From the NCBI RefSeq assembly GCF_963921235.1, contig NC_086118.1:25608001-25672000 (forward strand): 64,000 nt of DNA. Direction: 5' to 3'. Both the position numbers and the translations under genes were made by a program. Source of the stretch: Mobula hypostoma. Taxonomy: Eukaryota. The notes beneath the pieces are model-generated. The model made no database searches and had not been told where the DNA came from. It saw only the letters and a list, made by a program, of their open reading frames with translations. Below, in pieces: positions 1 to 12,416 of the stretch. Within the stretch, counting starts at the first letter, position 1. Each line of letters begins with the position of its first letter.

Positions 1-1744
1 GCCAAGGAAATCAAACTTGGACATTTCAGCTCACACACCCAAAACTAGCCTGTAGATCTAAAACAAAATCAGTATTGCAGATTGCAAGGCAACCAGACTA
101 ATGTGTTGGAGGAAAGGTGTGGTTACAATCACTTAAAAGGCTTTTGCAAAATTTTTGTTGTTTGCTACATTGTTAAATAAAAACTCAGTCTGGCCATGAT
201 TACAAACTTCATTTTTAAAGAATGCTTATACAATGAAATCAGTTTAAGGTAATGAATAACACATTTACTATCAGAACTGCAAAGCTAGCTTAACTAATCA
301 CATCAGTTAAAAAACGAAAGCCTGACAATCAGCATTTCTACCATGGTTCAATTCCACAGAAGTCTTCTTGCTAGTAAACAAAATTTTTAAGAAAACATAC
401 CCACCTAAAAGATGTTTAAGCTGACCAACATTAAAGGCAGTACCATTGTTATAGTCTGTTTGAACAATTTGACTTGTATAGTCTTAATTCACATGTTCAG
501 CATGTGAGAACAAATATTCAGTCTAGAACATTGACGCCAATCACCTTGGGAACTGCAAAGGTCAATAGCTACTCTTGGGCTTGTGGTGTTCTATACCTTT
601 CCTGTTATATAGCCAAATAAGCTCCTTAGCTACTACCTGCATTTTAAAATAATACAATGTAAATGTGTTTGTTTCCTACTTGTGACATTGGACTGAGCTC
701 AGTGCGACTTCCCCACCCCAGATTCAGTAATGGACACTGCACAGTCTCAATCTGCACCACAGACACGGTGTAGATCTGACATTACTGACAGAAGACACAG
801 TGACAGACTCTGAAAAGTGCATATACAGCTATAAGTGAAACTGCCTATTTTTAAACTGACTCCATCCTAAAACATCTTGCCAACACTGGCTCGATGGAAT
901 TATTCCCCAGGTCTACTTCATTTGACCCTACCATTTCCTTCCGTCTCCTTCAAAAGGATTAATAATTCCACATGACTATGAATGCTAGATTTGGTCAAAT
1001 GTTAATATCTCATATAAGATTTTTGCTTAATAACCATCACATGCAGTACTTGCGCTCAATCTTAAGGAAAGCATGCTGCATATCTTTAAAAGTTCATATC
1101 CTGCCCTTGATCCTGACTATCAAGTGATCATGAACAGGGCTGGTAATATCAGCCCATTTGACCAACCCTTTTTTAAAGAACACAGGAACAGTTTAGTAAA
1201 AATTATTGAAGAAATAGGAATATTTCTCTTCTCCACCCTTAAAAAAAAGGGTGGAAGATTTAGCATGCTGATTAACTGAAGGGACTGCCCAGTAAAGACC
1301 TCAAGATCAGATGCAATTACTAACCTGTACTGAAACAGTCACAGTACTGCACAGTAAACAAGGGCAATAACCCTTGGCCCCAGTGGCCAGACTCTTGATA
1401 CATCACATCAAATTGAGACTGCTTATGAACTACACCCATCTGTATAAACAGATTTGGCACAACAGCTCCTTTATACATATTTGGAGAGGGTTATGAGACA
1501 AGGAGAACATGGCTGGATAACAATATTAATTGAACAGCTAGATACTATTTCCAGGCAGTTACTCAGTGTTGTTTTTCTAAAAAGTTCAATGGGCTTCAAG
1601 TGCTTACATAATAGTGAGAAACCAAGTATAGCAGAATTTGTTTCTAGTCCTGGCAGAACTTCAACAATGGTCAATAATTTAACAAACTAGACAGAATAAT
1701 TTGTCATCTCAAAATTGTAAAACATCTTACAGCAAATCAAAGAT

Positions 1745-2050
1745 GAAATTCTGCAGATGCTGAAAACCTAGTGAAACACAAAATGCTAGAGCACAGGCTC
1801 CAACCCGAGGTCCATGGATCCCTTGCTTAATGGTACTGGTTCCTGGCACGAGGACTGGGAACCCAGCACCAAAAGGAGCTCAGCAGGTCAGGCAGCATCA
1901 ATGGAAATGAATAAACAGGGGATGTTTCGGACTGAGACACTTTATTAAAAAAAAACCACGTATGAAGGGTCTCGGCCTGAAACTTCAATTGTTATTTCCA
2001 TAGAAGCTGCCTGACTCGTTGAGTTTCTCCAGCATATTGCGTGTGTCTTG
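1745..2050. mobile_element. Fold-back Penelope terminal-repeat mini-element with a nested short hAT-like MITE (about 1791-1866)
   Basis: Left arm CTGCAGATGCTG...CACAAAATGCT...CTCAGCAGGTCAGGCAGCATC is inverted relative to right arm GAAGGGTCTCGGCCTGAAAC...GCTGCCTGAC...CTCCAGCATATTGCGTGTGT. Both arms match the 3' repeat of the PLE at 15061-15194. The left arm is interrupted by an insert of about 75 bp. Confidence 0.7.
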
Positions 2051-3677
2051 TAGCTATTCTATTAGTCATATTATTTACATCCTGTTTATGACACAAGACC
2101 TCAAAACTAGAGGGTGGCAATGGAGAAGAGGCATTAACTTTACTCCTTTTACACGACTGTCAAGAATGGGCCAAAAATTGCACTCTCACAATTCTAAAAA
2201 TAAATGGGTTAAACTTGGTAATAATTTGTACAATGTTAAAAATACCAAACTTAAAAATTCTCTATCAAAGCAATTCCTGTGGATCAAAATTAATATAAGC
2301 CTGCAGATATTTGAAACCCAAAATATCATTTCCCCTCAACTCTGCTCTCAACCACTTCCTTTTGACTATAGGAAGGATACAGTTGCCCTGTTCTGATCTT
2401 CCATCCTACCAGCAGCTGCATTCAACAGATCTTTAGCAATTTCTGCTATCTACAAAGTTCTCGGCATTTGAGAGAAACTGCTCATGCAGAAATCTTAACT
2501 GAACCTAAAGTCCCTAATTTATATTACCCTGCTAATTTTCCAGGACACATGGAACAAAATAATTTAATCAAGACGCTACAGAATAAAACATTTTGATCAG
2601 CAAGGAATAAATTTGCTTACTGCCTTTATAACTGGTAATTTGCAAAAGTCATTTACTGTTGATAGATCAACATTCACAAATCAATGATCTTCAAATAGTT
2701 TCTGGCATACCAAGCTAACCCGTAAATTCCTTAACCATTAAGAACTTTAGACATTTAAAAGTTATCATTTCCCAAATGGATTATTAAAATATTCAGACAT
2801 TTAGAAATGTGGCTGTAACTAACATTACATTTGTTGGGTTTGTTGCCAATATGAGGGGGAAATGCCATTGGTAATTAGTGGAAATGATCTACTAGCCTTT
2901 CAAAACAAGAACACTGCTCTAACAATATGCTTAGCTCAGCATCACAATATGAACTTTCTTCACGTCAAAGCACATCCCTTCTTCCAAATTAATTCTGAGA
3001 GGAGCAACAATTCTGCATCAGGTTTTAAGTCATGGGAAATATTATGCAGTTCCAAAAATGAATGTTTAATGATGAAATGGACCCGACAATCTGATTATGA
3101 AGATGTATATTTTCATTTACTTGGGACTTGGCTTCCATCTCATCTCCAAGTCTATCAGTTTTCCAGCAACAGATAACTACCCAATAACACCAATGGTCTG
3201 ATGCAAGACAAATGACAAGCTTAAAGCATGAGAAGTTAGATAATCCAGCTGGTGATATTAGCATGATGATTGAAAATCTTGAATCAATACTGGGATACAA
3301 AATGAACAATCAAGTTAATAGGCAGTTAATAGCAAACAACCCAGTCAAAAATTACATGATACCCATGTGTTTGATTTAATAAGTGAACAGAATTAACATC
3401 TTAACTGGCAGGCATGACCCTTCATTATTTACCAAAAGTGGACAAAGGGTGATAGGAAGAACTGGTAATATTCCAGGTAATGATTGAATCTAAACTTACC
3501 TAGCAGCAAGTGAGAATTGTCAATCCCCTCAAAAAGGGAAAAATCTGTATATAATTTGAACAGATTTTATCAAATTCCACCCCCACCAAGGATTCTAGCA
3601 ACAAATGTACCTCTTTCATACAGTCCCTTCCAGCTTGAGCTCAGTTAAAATAATTCAAAACACTTTTTTCCAATTTA

Positions 3678-4085
<408 letters not shown>

Positions 4086-5194
4086 CTGTGAAGAGAAATC
4101 CAGAAAAATGTTAACATTAACTACATTGGTTTAAAAATAATTCAAGTGAAAATTAAGATTGCACAAACCAGAAAGTCAAGTGACAAAAGGATCAGGCAAA
4201 GGAAAATCTTAATCATTGAACTAGCTGTTGCTAGATCAAATATACATCCATCACAGTGGTCAAGGTATTGCTAAGAGTGACTTCTATTGTTCATCCAAGA
4301 ACACATTGCTTAATGGTCTCAATACGATACAGGGTACAGATTCCAAGATCCAGCAATTCAAAATCTGGCATCCGTAAGATACTGCCCATTGTATTCCACA
4401 GTTATCTCTGGCCATGGTCCAACATTAACAGTCACTAACAAAATGGATCAGTCCTGGTCAAAAAAAAGATTAACAATATATCAGAAGCACCGGACACAAC
4501 CAAAAGGCATCACCCTGAAGGAACTATGATGTAGGAATCCTAAAGCAAAGACAAATGCAAGAAATCTGAAATAAATTTAAAGATGAGGCCACTCTGATGT
4601 CAATTTCACAGCATTGTCTGATCTTAAATACCTTCAGCATATTTCTGACTTGTTGCACTTCCTCTTGTATTAATAACAAAGAGAATCAGCATTTTATCAA
4701 TGGTAATGGATCCCATAATTAAAGGATCAGGTGCTAGCTTTGCCAGTCACAACTGCTCTGAGGTGATAGCCATGCTCACAGATGGAACAGAACATCAATG
4801 TCCCCTGTGAATGAAGCACTGCTATACTGATAAGTGTCAGGGTATCAAGCATACCAGGAAATGAATACTGCAGGCGTCTATTCCTCTCACTGATACTCAG
4901 AAGCAGAGACCAGCAAATCCTGCAACATTGTCACAAAACCATGACCTGAAATGCAACAAGCATTTCCACAAACGGCTCTAATCCCAAGACTGTAACTACA
5001 AAACGTACCAGAAATGTACACTTTCAACTTCTCAAGGTCACATTTAATTGATCATGGAATTAAAAATACATTGGCACTGATTCAGTCTTTTAAAAAAGTG
5101 GCAAAGACCTGAATTCTAAAGCACCATTAAGGGATACTTCCTACAAACAGCTCCAAATACCACTTTCGCACACAGGTAGGCATTAAGTGGTCAC

Positions 5195-5475
5195 CTTGGT
5201 ACCATAGCAGATAGCACGCTATTGCAGCTTGGAGTGGGGTTCAGTTCCGGCGCAGTTCTGTAGGGAGTTAGTATGTTCGCCCCGTGACTGCACAGGTTTT
5301 GTGTGTGTGCTCCAGTTCTCTCCCCAAACCACCCCCACCCCTCCTCCAAAGCCATACTGGTTAATAGGTTAATTGGTCATTGTAAATTGTCCTTTGATTA
5401 TGAATTGTTAAATAGGCAGGGTGCTGGGCAGTGCAGTTCATTAGGCTGAAAGGGTCTGTTCCACACCATCTCTAA
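5195..5475 (+). mobile_element. tRNA-derived V-SINE/HE1-like SINE, decayed
   Basis: B-box-like GGTTCAGTTCC followed by V-domain-like GGAGTTAGTATGTTCGCCCCGTGACTGC...GGTTAATTGGTCATTGTAAATTGTCC; similar to the minus-strand copy at about 25.9-26.2 kb. Confidence 0.6.
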
Positions 5476-6394
5476 TAAAAGCCCATCAACAGCTCCACCC
5501 TAGTGAAGTGAAAAAATCCTGCTAATTTCACTGCAATCATGACATGAAAATTTCTTTTGCCAGTGTTATATACCCACATCCAGATCTTAAATCTTGGTTA
5601 GTTGATCCCATTCCAATTATTTGTCTGTGTATATTAGCATTTTGCTAATGCTGTCTACTTAAGTTTATCACTTGGTTGCAAGCACACACACATGGCAAAG
5701 TGAGAAGGGGGATGATGGAGTAAAACCAGCTGCCAGAGCTTCTTTAGAACCAATCTCATTTTCTCTCCAATTTTGAGAAATGCTTAATGCACTTTCAGAG
5801 CCTACATTCTATGTAAACACCCATAGTTTAGTTTTACACATCCTGATTTCAACACAAGGCATCTCGTCTCAGTCATAAGTTCCATCTACTTAATTAACCA
5901 TTATCACACAATAGTTATTCCCCAAGCATTAAGATGGAGGACCTCTAACCAATTATTATCCAAGAAAGTAATTAGAAATTCCTCTATCAGTTTGACAATG
6001 AAACAGTCAAAATAAAAGTCGCCAGGTTACAACCATTTCAGTGGAAGTGATGCAGCTGCTCCGATTTGCAAACTTGATAATGTGAATTTACTGACACCTA
6101 CAATATGTGGACTCGCTTTTCATAGACTCAAATCCTTTAAAGCGTGCAAAATTATAAACGTGTGCTGCCCATAATCGATACAAAATCTTACATTTTAGCC
6201 AGAGGCTGGCATCATTTCACAAGTTGTGAAAGTCACAAATTCTCATTTCACAAATTATTACATTTTAAAATTAAATATGACATTTCTATAAACATTAACT
6301 GGTTATCAATTTTACAACCAGAAGGGAAATAGAAACCAAAGGGAAAATGTCAACGGCCATAAAATATATTGAGATTTAGCGGGGGGGGGGGAAA

Positions 6395-6560
6395 TGGGCA
6401 CAGTAGTGTAGTGGTCAGCACAATGCTTTACCGCATGCCAGCTATAAAAAGGTTAATTTCCGCTACTGTCTGCAAGGAATTTGTTAGTTCACCCCATAAC
6501 CATTAGGGTTAGTAAGCTATGGGCATGCCATGTTGGCACAGGAAGCACAGAGACTGCTTC
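6395..6560 (+). mobile_element. Partial tRNA-derived SINE
   Basis: A-box-like GTAGTGTAGTGGTCAGC and GGTTAATTTCC...TCTGCAAGGAATTTG, resembling the head of the other SINEs. Confidence 0.45.
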
Positions 6561-6728
6561 CCAAGTTGTCCCACTGAATTTGCATAAAATCACCTCTCAC
6601 TAGTGGGACATTGAGCAACAGGCTATTCAACTGAGCTTAGCACATTCGTCTATGCAAGTTGAATTCCATGCAGGGAAACAAACCTACCAGGAGATTCTGC
6701 GGCCACAGAGAAGACGCCAGGATGATGT

Positions 6729-9700
6729 GTTACCTCCCAGGTGCTAGGGTCAATGATGTCTCAGAGTGACGGCAGAATATTCTCAAGAGGGAGGGTGAGC
6801 AGCCAGAAGTCATTACGCACATTGGAACCAATGTGATAGATACGAAGGGGAAGGAGGCCCTGCACAGTGAATGTAGGGAGTTTGGGAAGAGGCTAAAGAG
6901 CAGGACCTCCAAGGTGGTAAACTCTGGATTACTCCCAATGCCACGTGCCAGTCAGGGAAGGAATAGGATGATAGCACAGATGAATGAGTAGCTCAGGAAG
7001 TGATGCTGGGGGCTAGGTTTCAGATTTCTGGGTCATGGCAAACTCTCCACAATAGGACGGGTTACACCTGAACCAGAGGGGGACATGTATACTTGTGAGC
7101 AGATTTGCTACAGCTACTAGGGAGGGTTTAAACTAATTTAGCAGGGCATAGGAACCAGAGTGATAGGGCTGAGGATGGGGCAGTTAGTATACACGTAGAT
7201 ATAGTGTGCATGGAGACTGAGGAAGGACAGGCAGATTATTGGTTAAAATGGAATCACTGGGCTGAGTTGAAGTGTAGTATAAGGGCAAAATCAAAAAAGG
7301 TGATGAATACAGGACTGAAGGTGTTATATTCTGTATACTGCGTGCATTCAAATAAGGTAGGTGATCTTGCGGTGCAGTCAGAGATTGGCAGGTATGACGT
7401 TGTGGGCATCACTGATTTGTGCTGAAAGAAGATCATAGTTGGGAGCTTTACATCAAAGGACCCATTGTATTGAAAGAAAAGGCAGGTAGGTAGGCAGCAG
7501 GGTGGGGTGGTTCTGTTGATTAAAAATGAAATCAAATCCTTAGAAAGATGTGACACAGGATCAGAAGATATAGAATCTTTGTGGGTAGAGTTAAGAAACA
7601 AGTGTAACAAGACCCTGATGCGAGAAATATACTGGCTTCCAAACAGTAGCCAGGATGTGGGACAAATAACAAGAGTGATAGAAAAGCCATGCAAAAATGG
7701 TAATGTAGTTACAACAGTCACGGGGGATTTCAATATGCACGTAGATTGAGAAAAATCAGGTTGGTGCTGGGTCCCAAGAGACGGAATTTGTAGAATGCCT
7801 ACAAGATATCTTTTTAGATCAGCTTGGGGTTGAGCCCACCAGGGAAAAGGCAATTCTGGATAGGGTGTTGTGTAATGAACCAGATTTGATTAGGGAGTTT
7901 TAGGGAAAGGAAGTACTGATCATAAAATGATGAATTCAACCTGCAATTTGAAAAGCTAAGGTCAGATGTATCAGTATTACAGTGAAGTAAAAGGAATTAC
8001 AGAAACATGAAAGAGGAGCTGACCAAAGTTGACTGGAAGGGGTCTCTAGTGAAGATGACAGCAGCAATGGCTGGAATTTCAGGGAATAATTCAGAAGGTG
8101 CAGCGTAGATACATCCAAAAGAAATTGTTTTCTAAAGGCAGGAAGATGCAACCATGGCTGACAAGGAAAGGCAAAGTCAACAAAACTAAAAGCCAAAGAG
8201 GGGATATAATAGAGCAAAAATTAGTGGGAAGTTAGAGAATTGAGAAGCTTTTAAACACGGAATGCAACCAAAAAAGCCACAAGGAGGGAAAAGGTGAAAT
8301 ATAAAGGAAAACTAGCCAATAAAAAAGGATAACAAATGTTTTTTTTACCCCAGATCTGTAAAAGGTAGAGGTGAGAATGGATATCAGACTTCTCGAAAAT
8401 GACACAGGAGAGGTGGTAATGGAGACAGAAGTGGCAGATGAACTGAAATACTTTGCATGCCTTAAATTGGCAGTATTCCAGAAATTCAGAGGGGCAGTAG
8501 TGAGTGCAGTTGCTATTACTGAGGTGGTGGTGCTTGGGAAGCTGAAAGGTCTGAAGATAGACAAGTCACCTGAACCAGATGGGCTGCACCCCAGGTTCTG
8601 AAAGAGGTAGCTAAAAAGATTGTGGAGACATTAATGTTTCAACAATCACTAGATTCTGCAGGACTAGAAAATGGCAAATGTAACTCCACTCCAAGGGGAG
8701 GAGGAAGGAAATTATAGGACAGTTAGCCTGATGTCAGTGGTTAAGAAAATACTGGAGTCCATTATTCAGGACGAGGTTTCAGGGTACTTGGAGGGACGTG
8801 ATAAAATAGGCCAAAGTCAGCAGCCTGGTTTGAAGGGGATACCTTGCCTGACAAATCTGGTAGAATTTTTGAGGAAATAACAGGCAGGATAGACAAAGGG
8901 GTGTTAGTGGATTTTGGTTACTTGGATTTGCAGAAGGCCTCTGACAAGGTGCCACACGAGGCTGCTCAAGAGTCGTGTATTATACGGAGGATACTAGCAT
9001 GGATAGAAGATTGGCTAATTGGCATGAGGCAAAGAGTGGAAATATTGGGTGGCTTTTCTGGTTGGCTATGAGAAGTGGTGTTCCTCAAGGGCAGGTATTG
9101 GGACTGCTTTTCTTGTTATATGTCAATGATTTGGATGACAGAATTGATGGCTTGGAGGCCCAACTTGCAGACAATACTAAGATAAGTGGAGGAGCAAAGC
9201 TGGCAGAATGACTGATTGGAAGAATGGGCAAAGAGGCAGCTGTAGGGAACTGTACGATCAAACACTTTGGTAGAAGGAATAAAGGCATAGACCATTTTCT
9301 AAACAGGGGGAAAAATTCAAGGTGCAAGGGACTTGGGAGTCCTCATGCAGGATTCCCCCAAGAGTTAACCTGCAGCTTGAGTCAGTTGTAAGGATGTCAA
9401 AAGCAATGTTAGTGTTCATTTTTGGAGGACTAGAATACAAGGGCAAGGATGTGATACTGAGGATTTACAAGGCATTGGTCAGAACAGACTTGGAATAGTG
9501 GAGCAGTTTTGAGCATATAAAATATGCTGGCACTGAAGAGGGTACAGAGACAGTTCACAAGAATGATAGGGTCAATGTATGGGCCTGTACTCACTGGAGT
9601 TTAGAAGAATGAGAGGGGGATCTCATTGAAACCTATTGAGTATCAAAAGGCCTAGGGTGGATGTGGAGAGAATGTTTCCCATAGTGAGTGAGTCTAGGAT

Positions 9701-9985
9701 CAGAGGGCACGACCTCAGAGGGACATCCATTTACAACAGATGAGGAGAAAGTACTTTAACCAAAGGATTATAAATCTATGAAATTCATTGCAACAGACAG
9801 TTGAAGGTCAGGTCATTAAGTATATTTAAAGCAGAGGTTGATAGGTTCTTGATTAGTCAAGGCATCAACAATTACAGGGAGAAGGTAGGTGAATGGGGTT
9901 GAGTTTGATAGTAAATCAACCATGATAAAATACAGCAGATTCAATGGGCCAAATGGCCCAATTCTGCTATGTCTTATGGTCTTAG
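6729..9985 (+). mobile_element. CR1-type LINE, decayed (ORF1 esterase remnant, APE endonuclease, RT, 3' tail)
   Basis: Fragments YDVVGIT, ESLWVELRN, GDFNMHVD, KIDKSPEPDGLHPR, GNYRTVSL, YLDLQKASDKVPH, SGVPQGQVLG, LYVNDLD, ADNTK; many stops and frameshifts; ends in TCTTATGGTCTTA. Confidence 0.9.
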
Positions 9986-11334
9986 TTGCCCCTTCCATCC
10001 ACATTAAATATATCCTCAAGTCATCTTCACAGGAGGTTTCCATCCAGTTGAGTGCATTCAGCAAATGTAACTTGTTCATCAGGATGCAAAGGCTGGTTTT
10101 CATCATTTTTCTCCCTTCTCTAGCTTCCCCTGTCCACAGTTGACCATGACCAACTGAACTGATTTGGTCAATCAACTTCCCATAACGTCCACAAAATTCT
10201 GAATAAGTCAAAAACTATGACAGGATAGCCTAGTGGAAATGCTATTCTCATTCTTTCTGGCGGAAAACGTGCTGCTTAAGCAACTGAAAACAAAAAACAC
10301 CCATGTTGGAGAGCTTAAACTGAAAAATACCACAAATACTCAGGGTCAGGCAACTTCCAGAAAGCAAAGCTGATGGATGAAATATCCTGAAGAACAGTCA
10401 CTGAAGTATTAACTGTTTCACACCTGGTCAGTATGTACTTACACAGCAATTAAAAATAAATTCTGCAAGCTTCACCACAGAGGCTGAAATCACACCGCGT
10501 TAGAGGGAGCACGCTGTGGAAGGGCCCACCAAAGATGGATCCTGGAGGTGACAATTTGGGAACCACAGACTCTTGCGTAGATAAGGTGAACTCAGACAAG
10601 GTAGCTTAAGCAAAGGATACTTCACACAGATTACCAGCTCCCAATATCTGACCAAGGTTCTTAATACCATCTTAAAAGACTATCCCTCGATCAAGTTAGT
10701 TGGAATATTGCTCACAGCTTCCTTGAAATGCACGTCTTCATCTGCCTAATCACCTCCTGCAAGCGTGTGGCACATAACAAACATGCTCAAGTTGTAATGA
10801 CATGCAATAATACCACGGCAAAGTCAGACAACTGCCAACTAGAAGATGCACTGGACCAGCAACGCCACAGAGGCTAAGAACATGTCAGAAGCATTGTGGT
10901 GAAACAGTCACCCCTGTCCAATATCTTCAAAATGCACAAATTTGATGTGGAGTGCTTCTGCATGCCCAGATAGGAACTATTTCTACAACACTGGAATCCA
11001 GACCACACTTTAAACTCTGATTCCCTCCAAAATTCAGCACACTGTGCCTACAGTCCAACTCATTTACAAAGTGCACTGTAGTCACTCACCAGGACTTCAT
11101 CAGCAGCACCTAGAAAGCATAGGCTCAACCACCATGGCAGCCAGGGGCTTCAGCTGTGTCGAAACACCACTTCCAATCTCAACTTGGAATCATTGTTTCT
11201 TCATAATTGCTTGGTTGCTATCAAATTTTAGAATCTGAAAACACCTTCAGTAGTAGTAATGCAGTCATTCACTACCAAGGATAATTTGGGATAGACTTGC
11301 CCTAATTCTTAAATTCCACTTGCTCCTACAGTAG

Positions 11335-11530
11335 CACACACAAAAAATGCTGGTGAACACAGCAGGCCAGGCAGCTTCAATAGGAAGAGGTACAGTCAAC
11401 ATTTCAGGCCGGGACCCTTCGTCACATCAAATGTACCTCTTCCTATAGATGCTGCCTGGCCTGCTGCGTTCACCAGCATTCTTTGTGCGCTGCTTGAATT
11501 TCCAGCATCTGCAGATTTCCTCGTGTCTGC
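11335..11530. mobile_element. Fold-back Penelope terminal-repeat mini-element
   Basis: AATGCTGGTGAACACAGCAGGCCAGGCAGC...ATAGGAAGAGGTACA is a near-perfect inverted repeat of TGTACCTCTTCCTATAGATGCTGCCTGGCCTGCTGCGTTCACCAGCATT; nearly identical to 15097-15190. Confidence 0.85.
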
Positions 11531-12416
11531 TCAAAGGGAGGCCAAAGTCCCATAGAAATCCCATTAGCAAAATTAATATCAACATGATCTATAGAGTTAG
11601 AATTCAAAAATTCTGCTCAGCAACTTGGTTTGGATAGATTTTCACTTTGGATGACAGCACATTAGTGAGCTTCCAGTCTGTCAAGAATTCCTTTGTCTTT
11701 GAACTCAGTGTGATTTAGAATCTCCTCCTGAATTTCACTAACACAATGGACAACTTTAATCGTCACCCAAAACTATAGACAGATAATTGCCAATGTCCTC
11801 CATGATGCAGAATTGAGGATTTTCATTCCCACTATCTTTGCCCTGTGATTTTCCTTCTGGTTATTTGGCACCTTTTCTCGTCTTTCTCCTGTGCAAGTTT
11901 GAATGTCCTAACATTTGTGCGAACTGCAGAAATATTTACTTCCTCGTTCTCAAATTTCCAGCAAGTTCATTTACTTTGTCATTTAGGCAGGGTTAGCACC
12001 TGTTGAATTTATGCACATAAAAGGATATTAAAGCAACCCACATAACTTTGTAGACCTTAACTCCAAGCCAGAAGATTACTATTGAGGTTTGCTGATGACA
12101 TTGTTTTCCCAATTAGATGGAAAAGTTTGATTTAAAAATGCTTAGAACTTTCAGACATTACAAACACTTGTGCTGTCCAACATAACCAACACTGAAAGTA
12201 TTTCTCTCCCAGCATTTCAATAGAGGACTAGACTGCCTACCTAAAACCTCAGGTTTATTTTTCATTAAATCTACCTGCATGTACCCCGCAAATGCAACCA
12301 CAATTTTAATTTTGGTGTCAAACATAATTATTGTGTCCCACCCCTCAAAGTAATAACATAGTATACAATGGACTTTGCAGTGTAAAATCCAGCAGAAAAA
12401 CCAGGCAACAAATTCT

